A stretch of DNA of 64,000 bases, from NCBI GenBank assembly GCA_963796955.1, contig CAWCNJ010000003.1, positions 1 to 64,000 of the forward strand, read 5' to 3'. Below the pieces are notes generated by a model, which made no database searches, was not told the origin of the DNA, and saw nothing but the letters and a program-made list of their open reading frames with translations. This DNA comes from Endomicrobiales bacterium. Its GTDB lineage: Bacteria > Elusimicrobiota > Endomicrobiia > Endomicrobiales > JALOBY01. Positions 1 through 9,488 of the stretch are shown piece by piece (within the stretch, counting starts at the first letter, position 1; each line of letters begins with the position of its first letter). A program made the position numbers and the translations under genes.

Positions 1-2
1 AT

Positions 3-1970
3 ACCTTTGAATGCATAAACGCCGGTCGCAACAGTATAAATAATGTCACCTGGACCCGCGTGCTGGACAGTCTTACCCATGGAACTCTCGAACGGCTGAG
101 GAAAAAACACGGTATCGAGCCATACGGAAGCGAGCCGTGGCGCAAAGGGCGCACCGGCGGCTCTGATGACCACGGCGGCATATTCGTCGCCAAGGCATTC
201 ACCAGTGCCAGGGCGCGCACCACCGGAGAATTCCTTGAGGCTCTGCGTTCCAGGAACACCGCCTGTCTGGGCGATAGCAATAATTTCCAGAATTTTGCAT
301 TCACTATCTACAAAGTCGCCTTTGATTTTTACCGCAGCAGGAGCAGTTCCTCTTCCCGAGGTGTTATCGACAGGCTGTCGGAAATGATCTTCGAGCGCCG
401 TCCCTTACGATGGTATGACCGTACGCTTATCGCGGTATCAAAGTTGACCGGGCGGGATCCTGAATATCACGATGATATCATCGATCTGGCCCGCTCGATA
501 AAAGAGATGAAAGACAGTCCCATCGGACAGCGGTTGGACAAGACGTATGAAAAAATATCGGATATAACGGATCGTCTGATCCTTGAGAGCGTTCTGTCGT
601 GTGAAAAGGATCTTGCAAAGGGTAATGTGGTCGGCTTTCTTAAGAACATCAGCGCTTCTCTCGCAAGTTTTTTCCTCGTCGCGCCTTTCTTTACCGCGCT
701 TAATCACATGCACAAAGACCGCACGCTGCTGGAGGCCCTTGCCAGGGAACATCTGGGTGGAGACCTTCATGCCGAAAAAAAGGTGTTGTGGTTCACCGAT
801 ACGTATAAAGGCATAAACGGAGTTTCGGTAACGCTTGAAAGAATCGGTGAATACGCGCACAAAACCAATCATAAACTGAAAATAGCTACCTCAATGCACG
901 GGCTCTCACTGAATGAACGTGAACACGAATTCATACTTAAACTGCCCGCCATACACACCTTTAAACTGCCCTACTACGAGAAACAGATGCTGGCAATACC
1001 GTCAATACTCACTGCTATAAAAACCATCCAGGATTACGAGCCTACGGAGATATATATATCAACACCCGGTCCGGTAGGCCTGGTGGGGCTGCTGGCGGCG
1101 CGGTTGTTGAACGTGCGCGTTACGGGTATCTATCACACAGATTTTTATAAGCAGTCCTTAAGTATTACAGGCGAACCGGGCATTGCTGAACTTATGGAAT
1201 CGTATGTCAAGTGGTTCTACTGCAAACTTGACCGTATTGAGGCCCCGACGAGATATTACGCAGATGAACTTGTTAAGCGCGGGTATGCGGCCGGACAGGG
1301 CATAGGTCTGTTCGATCGAAGCATTGATACCGACGTTTTTTCTCCCGGGCCTTTGTTCGATTCAAACCGGATGCAGAGCTCTATCAATATGCTCTATACC
1401 GGCAGGATATCAAAGGACAAGAATATTGATCTGCTTATTGAAGCTTTTAAAACGGCAGCTATGGGGAGGGGGCATATACGGCTTCATTTGTTCGGGGATG
1501 GGCCGTATCTGGATGAAGCAAAATATTATTCGAGTGCTGCCACGAATATCATCTGGCATGGCGGGGTTAATAATGCCGCTTTGGTCGACCATTACCGGGC
1601 TTCCGACCTGCTGCTGTTCCCGAGCGTTACGGATACTTTCGGCATGTCTGTACTGGAGGCCCAATCGTGCGGCGTCCCGGCCCTGGTCTCGTGTATCGGC
1701 GGGCCCAGAGAGATCATTTTAGACGGTGTATCCGGCAGAGTGGTTAAAGGGACCACGGCAGCCGCATGGGCGGGTGCTATCTCAGGGATGATAGATATGA
1801 GAGAGAACCGTCCGGATGAGTTCGCCGGTTACCGGCGTAACGCCCGGCGCAGGGCGATCGAGGGATATGCCGGACAGGTGTATTTCGAAAAGATCTTCGG
1901 GAAGGCGGGTGATAACGCGTCGGATCCGAGGGCAGGAACTGAAAGGCAACTGGCGGCCGCGCTTGTATAA
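3..1970 (+). CDS. PHP-like domain fused to a GT4 (GT-B) glycosyltransferase; 5' end truncated by the window
   Basis: The frame is open from base 3. PHP C-terminal motif GGSDDHG; GT4 motifs WFTDTYKGINGVSVTL, YTGRISKDKN and FPSVTDTFGMSVLEAQSCGVP. Confidence 0.85.
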   Translation, partial: TFECINAGRNSINNVTWTRVLDSLTHGTLERLRKKHGIEPYGSEPWRKGRTGGSDDHGGIFVAKAFTSARARTTGEFLEALRSRNTACLGDSNNFQNFAFTIYKVAFDFYRSRSSSSSRGVIDRLSEMIFERRPLRWYDRTLIAVSKLTGRDPEYHDDIIDLARSIKEMKDSPIGQRLDKTYEKISDITDRLILESVLSCEKDLAKGNVVGFLKNISASLASFFLVAPFFTALNHMHKDRTLLEALAREHLGGDLHAEKKVLWFTDTYKGINGVSVTLERIGEYAHKTNHKLKIATSMHGLSLNEREHEFILKLPAIHTFKLPYYEKQMLAIPSILTAIKTIQDYEPTEIYISTPGPVGLVGLLAARLLNVRVTGIYHTDFYKQSLSITGEPGIAELMESYVKWFYCKLDRIEAPTRYYADELVKRGYAAGQGIGLFDRSIDTDVFSPGPLFDSNRMQSSINMLYTGRISKDKNIDLLIEAFKTAAMGRGHIRLHLFGDGPYLDEAKYYSSAATNIIWHGGVNNAALVDHYRASDLLLFPSVTDTFGMSVLEAQSCGVPALVSCIGGPREIILDGVSGRVVKGTTAAAWAGAISGMIDMRENRPDEFAGYRRNARRRAIEGYAGQVYFEKIFGKAGDNASDPRAGTERQLAAALV

Positions 1971-1998
1971 TTCCAAAAGCAATTTCAGTATATGTTCG

Positions 1999-3246
1999 GT
2001 GTTCAGGTACGCCTTGCTGGTTACAGTCATCGCGGGTATGTTCGCCGCCTGGTCCTGTGCGGGTATGCCCGCCTGCAGGGATGTAACGCTGACATGGAAC
2101 AATGATCCCCATACGACACAGACCATTACCTGGAAGAGTGACCGGTCGGTGTCGGTGAGTACAGTAACCTACGGGGTAGCAGGCACGACGGAACCAGTGC
2201 GCAAGATCGGTGTGCCGGCTGAAAACACATCCGGCGCTTTTTGCGGAGACGCCTTTGACGGCGCTCTGTTTTCCGTCACGCTTCAAGGCCTAGTGCCGGG
2301 AACGACCTACGCTTACACACTCTCCTCACCGGACGCTGTTGAGGGGCCGTATACTTTTATCACCGAAAAGAGAACCGAGACGGATTTCAAATTTCTTATC
2401 TTTGGGGACAGCCAGAGCGGCAATAAAGATGTTTATAATTATCTGCCATGGCAAGAGACTATCCACAGCGCTTATGACCGGAACCCGGACGCGAAATTTT
2501 TTGTGAACGTGGGCGATCTGGTGGAAACCGGGCAGAGCGACGCTCATTGGAAAGCCTGGTTCAAGGCCGCGCGGGGTGTTATAGAGCGCATTCCCGCCAT
2601 GCCTGTGACCGGGAACCATGAAACCTATTGCCCGGGCTTGCTGCAGAGCGCCGGCAGACCGGAGTATTTTTTAAAACAATTCAATCTGCCTTTGAACGGC
2701 CCTGTCGGCCTGCAGGGGCAGGTCTACTCCTATGATTACGGTTGCGCACATGTCGTTGTTCTGGATTCCCAGCAGGAAGAAGAGTCGCCAAGCTGTGGTG
2801 ACATCTTGGCTGCCCAGCGCAACTGGCTTGCGAAAGATATGCAGGCAACCCTTCAACCATGGAAAATAGTGTTTTTCCATAAGCCGCCCTACAACAACAA
2901 ACTAGGACGGGCAAACCCTGCCGTTAAAGAAGCTTTTTGTGACGTGTTTGACCAATATCATGTAGATGTTGTTTTCAACGGACACGAGCACGGCCTGTAT
3001 CGCACGTACCCCATCAAGGGGGGTAAGATACAGAAAGAACCTCAAGACGGTACTATTTATTATACAACCGGCCGCAGCGGCGCGAAATTCTACAAAGATA
3101 TCGGTCCCAACGAATTTGACACTTTCTCTTACAACCCGAAAGAGCAGCCCTGTTATGAAACCGTCGAGGTAACCTCCGTCAGGATGATCATCACTGCCTG
3201 TAATCAGGACGGTTCCGTTATTGATTCATTCACCATCGGCAAATAG
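1999..3246 (+). CDS. Exported purple-acid-phosphatase-like metallophosphoesterase (FN3-like N domain plus calcineurin-like domain)
   Basis: Motifs GDSQ, GDLVE, GNHE, FFHKPPY, NGHEH. A signal-like hydrophobic stretch follows the GTG at 1999; the ORF-track start at 1816 overlaps the upstream gene. Confidence 0.85.
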   Translation: MFRYALLVTVIAGMFAAWSCAGMPACRDVTLTWNNDPHTTQTITWKSDRSVSVSTVTYGVAGTTEPVRKIGVPAENTSGAFCGDAFDGALFSVTLQGLVPGTTYAYTLSSPDAVEGPYTFITEKRTETDFKFLIFGDSQSGNKDVYNYLPWQETIHSAYDRNPDAKFFVNVGDLVETGQSDAHWKAWFKAARGVIERIPAMPVTGNHETYCPGLLQSAGRPEYFLKQFNLPLNGPVGLQGQVYSYDYGCAHVVVLDSQQEEESPSCGDILAAQRNWLAKDMQATLQPWKIVFFHKPPYNNKLGRANPAVKEAFCDVFDQYHVDVVFNGHEHGLYRTYPIKGGKIQKEPQDGTIYYTTGRSGAKFYKDIGPNEFDTFSYNPKEQPCYETVEVTSVRMIITACNQDGSVIDSFTIGK

Positions 3247-3271
3247 CTGATACTTGTTGCCCATAAAAACA

Positions 3272-4873
3272 TTAATGTTTTGCTGCGGGCAGCTTTACTG
3301 TGAAAGTTGTGCCTTTGCCGGGCGCGGTATCAATGTCGATAGTGCCGTTATGCAATTCAACGATATCGGATACCAGCGGCAGCCCGAGCCCGGTCCCCTT
3401 TCCTTTATCTTTCGTTGTGAAGAAAGGCTCAAATATCCTTTTCAGCACATCGTCGCTGATCCCGCTGCCTTTGTCTTCAACACGGAGCCACACATAGGGC
3501 GTGTCGTTGGCCATACTGTTCCCAGTGCTTATGGTAATTATGCCCTGCTCCGGCGAGGCATCAACGGCATTGTCGCAAAGGTTTATCAGTACTTCTTCTA
3601 TCTGGGTATGGTTCATGAGGCTATCGCCAAGTTTTTCATCCAGCTCCAGCTGTATTTTTACAAATTTATCCTTTGCGTTCACTTCCAGGATCGGCAAAAC
3701 ACTTTTTACTATAGTGTTCAGGTTGCAGGGGGTCATTTCACTTTTTTCTTCCTTGGAAAATGAAAGGATACTCGCCATGAAATCTCTGCTGCGTGTTGCC
3801 TCCCTTTCAATGATCCTTAAATTCTTTTCGGTGTGAGCCTCAAGGCCGCTATCTCTTAAGAGGGACTGCGCGAATACCAGTATGGTGTTCAACGGGTTCC
3901 TTATCTCATGGGCTATGATGCCGGCCAGTTTCCCTAATGATGCCATTTTTTCAGATTTGATATGTTCCATCCATAGCTGCTGTTTCTCTTTTTCCAGCCG
4001 GTTATGCGCTATGATCTCTTCGTTCCACTTTAACAGGAAGAACATGGTGAATAGCAGCAATAATATTTCGGCAACAATAAACATGGACAGTACCCGGTGC
4101 GACGCCCGGTATAGGTCTCGAATCTCGGCTGACCCTCTCCGGACATCGAGGTATGTTAATACGTTGCCCGCGCTGTCAGGCAGGGGGAAAGCAAAAGCGA
4201 TCGTGTCGCTCCCGCCCCTGCCCGAAGTGACGACAGCTGCGGTTTTAGACAACAGCATCCCTGTGCCGTTGCCGGCGGCTCTGCTGAGGGATGCAAGATA
4301 ATGGTCGTCCCAAAGGCAGCCAACGAAATAGTGTCCTACAACTTTATATTTTCTATCCCGGTCAAATGAATGGTATATACTTACGCCTGTTATTTCCATC
4401 AATCCTGAAGGACTGTCGGCAAAAAAATGACAGCAGCCATTGTCAAACCGGATGGTACCGCTTGAAACGAACGAGTACATTTGTGCAAGTCTGTTGTCGG
4501 CGCAGCTGTTCGCGCTGTAGACAATGTCGGCGCCATGGTAAACCCACAGTGCATTGATATCCAGATTTGCGATCGCGGAATTCAGGTTAGTTATTGCCCA
4601 ATGGTTAGATGGATTGCGGATAAAATCCGCCATTTCGTCTGAGAACATGAACCCATACAGGTAGCTCTTCAACAATGCGGTTTTATGAAAGAGGATGTTC
4701 TCCACGTCGTTCCGTTGTGACTGGATCATGTAATGGTGGGTCAGCGAAACTTTGTCCTGCTGGGCTCGCCACACGTACATGATCCCAACGGTCATCATCG
4801 CTGTAATGACCGCCATGCTGATTATAACTTTGGAATACGTGTTGATGGAACGGATGCTGATGTGAAGTGCCAT
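3272..4873 (-). CDS. Membrane sensor histidine kinase with a CHASE4-like periplasmic region; no adjacent response regulator
   Basis: Two TM segments; H-box AHEIRNPL, N-box NLCDNAVDA, DKGSGI, FEPFFTTK, GTGLGL. Confidence 0.9.
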   Translation of the reverse strand: MALHISIRSINTYSKVIISMAVITAMMTVGIMYVWRAQQDKVSLTHHYMIQSQRNDVENILFHKTALLKSYLYGFMFSDEMADFIRNPSNHWAITNLNSAIANLDINALWVYHGADIVYSANSCADNRLAQMYSFVSSGTIRFDNGCCHFFADSPSGLMEITGVSIYHSFDRDRKYKVVGHYFVGCLWDDHYLASLSRAAGNGTGMLLSKTAAVVTSGRGGSDTIAFAFPLPDSAGNVLTYLDVRRGSAEIRDLYRASHRVLSMFIVAEILLLLFTMFFLLKWNEEIIAHNRLEKEKQQLWMEHIKSEKMASLGKLAGIIAHEIRNPLNTILVFAQSLLRDSGLEAHTEKNLRIIEREATRSRDFMASILSFSKEEKSEMTPCNLNTIVKSVLPILEVNAKDKFVKIQLELDEKLGDSLMNHTQIEEVLINLCDNAVDASPEQGIITISTGNSMANDTPYVWLRVEDKGSGISDDVLKRIFEPFFTTKDKGKGTGLGLPLVSDIVELHNGTIDIDTAPGKGTTFTVKLPAAKH

Positions 4874-4980
4874 ATACTGTTGCCCCCGACGCTTACATGT
4901 ACACCGTAGTTATATTATATTTCGAATCTTTCCACAATAATAACACTTCAAAATATTTCAAAGTATGATATAATCCAGTT

Positions 4981-5739
4981 ATGAAGGAAAACATTATGGA
5001 GAATTTTGCCAAAGTTCCAGCGGTAACGCTGCTATTCTGGATCATTAAGATATTTGCCACGACGCTGGGAGAGACCGGTGGCGATGCGGTGTCTATGTCC
5101 ATGAACCTGGGATATCTGGTGGGGACCGGCATTTTTGCGGTCATATTTATAGTTGCGGTGCTGATCCAGATAAAAGCGCGGCGGTTCCATCCATTCCTTT
5201 ACTGGACAACTATTATTGCGACCACGACGGTGGGCACCACGCTGGCAGATTTTGCTGATCGTTCGCTCGGTATCGGATACGCGGGCGGCACGGCGCTTTT
5301 ACTTACGTTGCTTGCGGGATCCATCTTTGCCTGGTACCGGACACTCGGTTCAGTATCGGTAGATACCGTAAGTTCTCCAAAAGCCGAAATATTTTATTGG
5401 GTCACCATAATGTTTTCCCAGACACTGGGCACCGCGCTGGGCGATTGGACGGCGGATTCTGCCGGACTTGGATATGGCGGCAGCGCTATAGTGTTCGGCT
5501 CAATGCTTGCGATAGTAGCGTTAGCCTATTACCGTACAAAAATATCGCGCACTATGCTTTTCTGGTCGGCTTTTGTTCTTACCCGCCCGCTCGGCGCCGT
5601 CGTGGGAGATCTGCTGGATAAACCGATCAAGGCAGGCGGCCTGGCGCTCAGCCGCTATAGCGCAACAGCTGCCTTGCTGGGTTGTATCGTGTTCTGTATC
5701 GTTTTTTTTCCGCAAAAAGCCGCTAAAAGGAACCATTGA
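4981..5739 (+). CDS. COG4705/DUF347-family repeat membrane protein
   Basis: KVPAVTLLFWIIKIFATTLGETGGD plus repeated TTVGTTLAD, QTLGTALGD and RPLGAVVGD motifs. The start could be 4996. Confidence 0.85.
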   Translation: MKENIMENFAKVPAVTLLFWIIKIFATTLGETGGDAVSMSMNLGYLVGTGIFAVIFIVAVLIQIKARRFHPFLYWTTIIATTTVGTTLADFADRSLGIGYAGGTALLLTLLAGSIFAWYRTLGSVSVDTVSSPKAEIFYWVTIMFSQTLGTALGDWTADSAGLGYGGSAIVFGSMLAIVALAYYRTKISRTMLFWSAFVLTRPLGAVVGDLLDKPIKAGGLALSRYSATAALLGCIVFCIVFFPQKAAKRNH

Positions 5740-5753
5740 GATATTTGAAAAAT

Positions 5754-5782
5754 TTGAAACAATTCAATTAGTTTAGTATAAT
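5754..5782 (+). promoter_or_regulatory. sigma70-type promoter of the tRNA pair
   Basis: TTGAAA (5754-5759), 17 bp, TATAAT (5777-5782), 24 nt before the first tRNA. Confidence 0.7.
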
Positions 5783-5806
5783 ACCGAAAGTAAATTGCAG
5801 CAAAAC

Positions 5807-5880
5807 GGGCCCTTAGCTCAGTTGGTTAGAGCAATCGACTCATAATCGATTGGTCGTAGGTTCAAGTCCTACAGGGCCCA
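5807..5880 (+). tRNA. tRNA with CAT anticodon, most likely tRNA-Ile2 (lysidine); elongator Met is the alternative
   Basis: Acceptor stem GGGCCCT/AGGGCCC, anticodon arm ATCGA-CTCATAA-TCGAT, T-loop GGTTCAAGTCC. Resembles E. coli ileX as recalled. CCA is not encoded. Confidence 0.9.
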
Positions 5881-5892
5881 AATTTTATTCAA

Positions 5893-5967
5893 GGGCATTT
5901 AGCTCAGCGGAAGAGCGTTCGCCTCACACGCGAAAGGTCACAGGTTCAAGCCCTGTAATGCCCACCA
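5893..5967 (+). tRNA. tRNA-Val(CAC)
   Basis: Acceptor stem GGGCATT/AATGCCC, anticodon arm TTCGC-CTCACAC-GCGAA, GGTTCAAG T-loop, encoded ACCA end. Confidence 0.95.
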
Positions 5968-5990
5968 CTCCGTTCCTAAAAGGAAACAGG

Positions 5991-6698
5991 ATGAAAGAAG
6001 AATTCAAACAGTTGATAGCATTGCAGGATAAAGATAACGCGATAGACGCGACACGCGCTAAGATCAACGCCATACCGGCGCTTATTGAAGAACAGGAAGC
6101 AAATCTTGCCGCGATAAAGCAGGCCTTTGAACAATCCAAAAAGAACCTTACCCAGCTTACCCTGAAGAAAAAAGAAAAAGAAATGGAAGTAACCACCGTA
6201 GAAGGCGCCATGGCCAAGCATTCAGGAGAACTGAACGCAGTAAAATCCAATGATGCTTACAAGGCCCTTCTTTCTGAGATAGAAAAAGAAAAGCAAAAGA
6301 AATTTTCCGTTGAAGATGAAATACTGGCTATAATGGAAGAAATGGAAAAAGAGTCTGTGACTTTAAAAACCAACGAGAATGAGGCGAAAGTAAAAGAAGG
6401 CGAAGTAGCGAACGTAATAGCCTCTCTCAGGGAACAGCAGAAACAGGGCCTTGAAAAAATCACTGCTATGGACGCTGAACGCGCCGAACTAGCCAAACAT
6501 ATAAACGCGAATATCCTTTCAAAATACGATTACATACGCAGTAACCGCGGCGGCTCGGCGCTCGTCGAGATAGTAGGCGGTAATTGCGGCGGCTGCCACT
6601 TCGAACTGCGCCAGGCCACTATCAATGAAGCCTCCAAGGGCGGCGAATTCGTTTTCTGCGATAGCTGTTCCCGAATACTCTACAAAAAACCCGAGTAA
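5991..6698 (+). CDS. Coiled-coil protein with C4 zinc ribbon (COG1579-like)
   Basis: ATG at 5991 after AGGA; long coiled coil followed by CGGC and CDSCSRILY. Confidence 0.9.
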   Translation: MKEEFKQLIALQDKDNAIDATRAKINAIPALIEEQEANLAAIKQAFEQSKKNLTQLTLKKKEKEMEVTTVEGAMAKHSGELNAVKSNDAYKALLSEIEKEKQKKFSVEDEILAIMEEMEKESVTLKTNENEAKVKEGEVANVIASLREQQKQGLEKITAMDAERAELAKHINANILSKYDYIRSNRGGSALVEIVGGNCGGCHFELRQATINEASKGGEFVFCDSCSRILYKKPE

Positions 6699-6710
6699 CA
6701 CAACACTGCC

Positions 6711-7178
6711 ATGACACAACACCTGATGCTTTATACGGACGGAGGTGCAAGGGGAAACCCCGGCCCTTCCGGCATAGGCGCCGTACTTTGCGGCGAAGAT
6801 GGAAAACAAATTGATTCCTGCAAGGAATTCATCGGTACAGCTACTAACAATGAAGCCGAATATAAGGCCCTGATAGCGGGGCTTCGTATGGCGCAGAAGC
6901 ACAAACCGATCCGCCTTACCGCTTTTATGGATTCGCTGCTTATCTGCAACCAGATGCTTGGGATATACCGGGTTAAGCATGAGGGAATGAAGCCGCTGCA
7001 CAGGGAAGCCGCAGCGCTTGCTATGACGCTGAAAAAAGTTTCTTTCGTTCACATACCGCGCGAAGAGAACTGCGCCGCAGATAAGCTGGTAAATGAAGCT
7101 ATAGATGAAGCGCTCATCAATAAAAAACCGTCGAAGAAGCCGGATGTTGTGTCAGGCGGACAAATAGATCTTTTCTAA
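6711..7178 (+). CDS. rnhA: Ribonuclease HI family protein
   Basis: YTDGGARGNPGPSG, TNNEAEYKAL, DSLL and HIPREENCAADKLVN carry the acidic catalytic residues. Confidence 0.9.
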   Translation: MTQHLMLYTDGGARGNPGPSGIGAVLCGEDGKQIDSCKEFIGTATNNEAEYKALIAGLRMAQKHKPIRLTAFMDSLLICNQMLGIYRVKHEGMKPLHREAAALAMTLKKVSFVHIPREENCAADKLVNEAIDEALINKKPSKKPDVVSGGQIDLF

Positions 7179-7198
7179 TAACGATCAAAGTATAAATT

Positions 7199-7570
7199 GA
7201 GGTGGCCGCTGGGTCGCTTCCGCCAAGAAGTTTTGGCGGGAGAGGAAAGTCCGGACTTCACTTTCTCCGCCGAAGCTTTAGCGCAGGCGGGGAAAAAACG
7301 GTAGTGGGCAGTTCCCATCAACCGTAAGGTTAGAGGTGCGAGCAGAGACGCCCGAACCGAAAGGCTAGGGCGCCCCAAGAGTATCCGGGGCGAGTCCTGT
7401 GGCAACACAGGAGTGAAACGGCCAAATCCTTACCGGGATGCAAGGCAATGCGGTTCCAATGTAGCGGAACCCGGTGTGCCGCTTGAGCGCGCGGAGCAAT
7501 TCGCGAGCCAGAGAAATGACCCATAGGTCCCGCAAGGGGCTGAAACAGAATTCGGTGTACGAGCCACCTC
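7199..7570 (+). ncRNA. rnpB: RNase P RNA
   Basis: P1 ends GAGGTGGC/GCCACCTC; conserved GAGGAAAGTCCGG, GTGAAACGG, GCAAG, AGAGAAATG and ACAGAA..CGG; located downstream of the zinc-ribbon/RNase H pair. Confidence 0.93.
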
Positions 7571-7594
7571 AAAATTTTAGGATAAAGAGTTGTT

Positions 7595-7960
7595 ATGAGT
7601 TCAATTATCATGGTTTTGGTCGGGCTGGTCTCAGGCGTACTGGGCGGCATGCTGGGTATAGGCGGTGGAATAATAATAATACCCGCGCTTATATATATAT
7701 TCGGCATGAGCCAGCAGATGTCGCAGGGCACAACGCTCGCCCTGATGCTGCCGCCGATCGGTGTGCTGGCCGCCTATGTATACTGGAAGAACGGCTTCGT
7801 GAACTGGCAGGCAGCCGGCCTGATCTGTCTGGGTTTTGTGATCGGCGGCTATTTCGGCGCCAAGATCGCGATGACCATGCCCACCGGCCTTCTTAAAAAA
7901 CTCTTCGGTGTATTCCTGTTGATACTATCCCTCCAGATGATCTTCAGCCCCGCGAAATAA
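7595..7960 (+). CDS. Half-size TSUP (TauE/SafE) family membrane protein
   Basis: GVLGGMLGIGGGIIIIPAL and SQGTTL; about 4 TM segments. Confidence 0.85.
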   Translation: MSSIIMVLVGLVSGVLGGMLGIGGGIIIIPALIYIFGMSQQMSQGTTLALMLPPIGVLAAYVYWKNGFVNWQAAGLICLGFVIGGYFGAKIAMTMPTGLLKKLFGVFLLILSLQMIFSPAK

Positions 7961-7985
7961 ATTTTATCGTTTTTTTTGTGTTGTA

Positions 7986-8014
7986 AGACCTGCTGTTTTT
8001 AGCAGGTTTTTTTT
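7986..8014 (+). terminator. Rho-independent terminator
   Basis: ACCTGCT-GTTTTT-AGCAGGT followed by a T run. Confidence 0.75.
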
Positions 8015-8023
8015 ATTGTCCAC

Positions 8024-8055
8024 TATTGCCAGTTGCCTACTGCCTATTGCCTGCC
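8024..8055. repeat. Heptamer tandem repeat (nnnTGCC x4)
   Basis: TATTGCC AGTTGCC TACTGCC TATTGCC TGCC. Confidence 0.6.
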
Positions 8056-8062
8056 GTTATCC

Positions 8063-8091
8063 TTGACAAAAACACCGCTATGTGGTATAGT
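8063..8091 (+). promoter_or_regulatory. sigma70 promoter of the dcw operon
   Basis: TTGACA (8063-8068), 17 bp, extended -10 TG-G-TATAGT (8086-8091). Confidence 0.85.
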
Positions 8092-8100
8092 GAATGGCGA

Positions 8101-8137
8101 AGTGGTGCAAAGTGGTGAATGGTGTAGCAGAGTGGAG
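8101..8137 (+). promoter_or_regulatory. MraZ operator (10-bp-periodic GTGG repeats)
   Basis: GTGG/GTGT at 8102, 8112, 8122 and 8132 (also 8082), between the promoter and the mraZ ATG. Confidence 0.8.
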
Positions 8138-8141
8138 AATT

Positions 8142-8591
8142 ATGAAGACCGCGGCCCCTAACATTTACATCGGAAAATATTTTCACTCCATCGACGGAAA
8201 AAACCGGCTGTTTTTGCCGGCCAATTTCAGGGGAGGAAAAAATGAGGTATTTGTTTGCGCGCAGGGTCTGGAAGGATGCCTGTATGTCTACGCACGGCAC
8301 TCCTGGCAGAGGGTTCTTGAAAAGCTGGAGAATATGTCTGTGGCAGATAAGGTTGAGGAACGCGCTTTTAAGCGTGCTTTTCTGTCTGGCGCATTTGAAG
8401 TATCTGCGGATGTTCAGGGGCGGCTGCTGATACCCCAGCATCTGCGCGATTACGCTAAAATTAAAAACGAAGCCGCAATTATAGGCGTCGGCAGCAGGAT
8501 AGAAGTGTGGGACCGCAAAGTCTGGGAAGCGTATTATACGGAACAGGCGGATTTTTCGTTCAAGAATATGGCATCTAAGCTGGAGTTGTAA
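8142..8591 (+). CDS. mraZ: Division/cell wall cluster transcriptional repressor MraZ
   Basis: GKYFHSIDGKNRLFLP and DVQGRLLIP motifs. ATG 8142 chosen because the ORF-track start lies within the promoter/operator. Confidence 0.95.
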   Translation: MKTAAPNIYIGKYFHSIDGKNRLFLPANFRGGKNEVFVCAQGLEGCLYVYARHSWQRVLEKLENMSVADKVEERAFKRAFLSGAFEVSADVQGRLLIPQHLRDYAKIKNEAAIIGVGSRIEVWDRKVWEAYYTEQADFSFKNMASKLEL

Positions 8592-8594
8592 CGG

Positions 8595-9485
8595 GTGAGA
8601 GAAAATACCGGCGTGTATCATGTTCCTGTAATGACCGCCGAAGTGGAAAGGTATCTTATACATGATGACCATGGGACCTATGTTGATTGCACTTTGGGAG
8701 GCGCGGGCCATAGCAGCTTCCTGCTTGGCAAGTATCCGCGTATCAAGATCATTGGGCTCGATTGCGACGAGAACGGTATCGCTGCTGCACAAACGAGGCT
8801 AAGCGGTTTTGAGGGGCGTTTTACCATCATTCGCGATAATTTCAAGAATATAAAAGCAGCGTTGCATGCGGCCGGTGAAAACAAGGTAAGCGGCGTGCTG
8901 GCGGACCTGGGGGTATCGTCGAGGCAGCTGGATGACTCGGAACGCGGTTTTAGTTTTATTTCGCCCAACCTGGACATGCGAATGGACAATAGAGGCGCCC
9001 AACAGGCTTACCATATAGTCAATTCACTCGACGGCGAAGCACTTGCCGACCTGTTCTACCAATTTGGCGATGAAAGGTTTTCCCGGCGTATTGCTTCCCG
9101 GATAGTAAGGGCCCGGGCCGTTAAGCCTATTGAGACCGGTGAAGAGCTGGCGCGGTTAGTCGCCTCGGCCCGTCCGAGATCAGGTAAGACGCACCCTGCC
9201 ACGCAGGTATTCCAGGCCTTGCGGATCGCGGTGAACGGGGAACTGGATAATCTTAAAACACTATTGACCGACCTGCCTGATGTGCTGCTGCCTAAAGGCC
9301 GGGCTGTTATCATGACGTATCATTCTCTGGAAGACCGTATGGTCAAAACAGATTTCAGACAGCGCGCGGCCGACAATATATACGGGCTGCTCAATAAAAA
9401 AGTAGTGATTGCCGGCGAAGATGAATTGCGCGATAATCCCAGAAGCCGCAGCGCGAAGCTGCGTGCGGTAGAACGCCTTAATTGA
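8595..9485 (+). CDS. rsmH: 16S rRNA m4C1402 methyltransferase
   Basis: HVPVM, DCTLGGAGHS, DLGVSS, FQALRIAVN, YHSLEDR, NPRSRSAKLR. Confidence 0.97.
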   Translation: MRENTGVYHVPVMTAEVERYLIHDDHGTYVDCTLGGAGHSSFLLGKYPRIKIIGLDCDENGIAAAQTRLSGFEGRFTIIRDNFKNIKAALHAAGENKVSGVLADLGVSSRQLDDSERGFSFISPNLDMRMDNRGAQQAYHIVNSLDGEALADLFYQFGDERFSRRIASRIVRARAVKPIETGEELARLVASARPRSGKTHPATQVFQALRIAVNGELDNLKTLLTDLPDVLLPKGRAVIMTYHSLEDRMVKTDFRQRAADNIYGLLNKKVVIAGEDELRDNPRSRSAKLRAVERLN

Positions 9486-9488
9486 ACC

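Noticed and set aside
5850..5990. N-terminal extension of the zinc-ribbon ORF
   Set aside because: It runs through two tRNA genes; the real start is ATG 5991.
7175..7896. Short ORFs overlapping 7199-7570
   Set aside because: The region is explained by the RNase P RNA and the TSUP gene.
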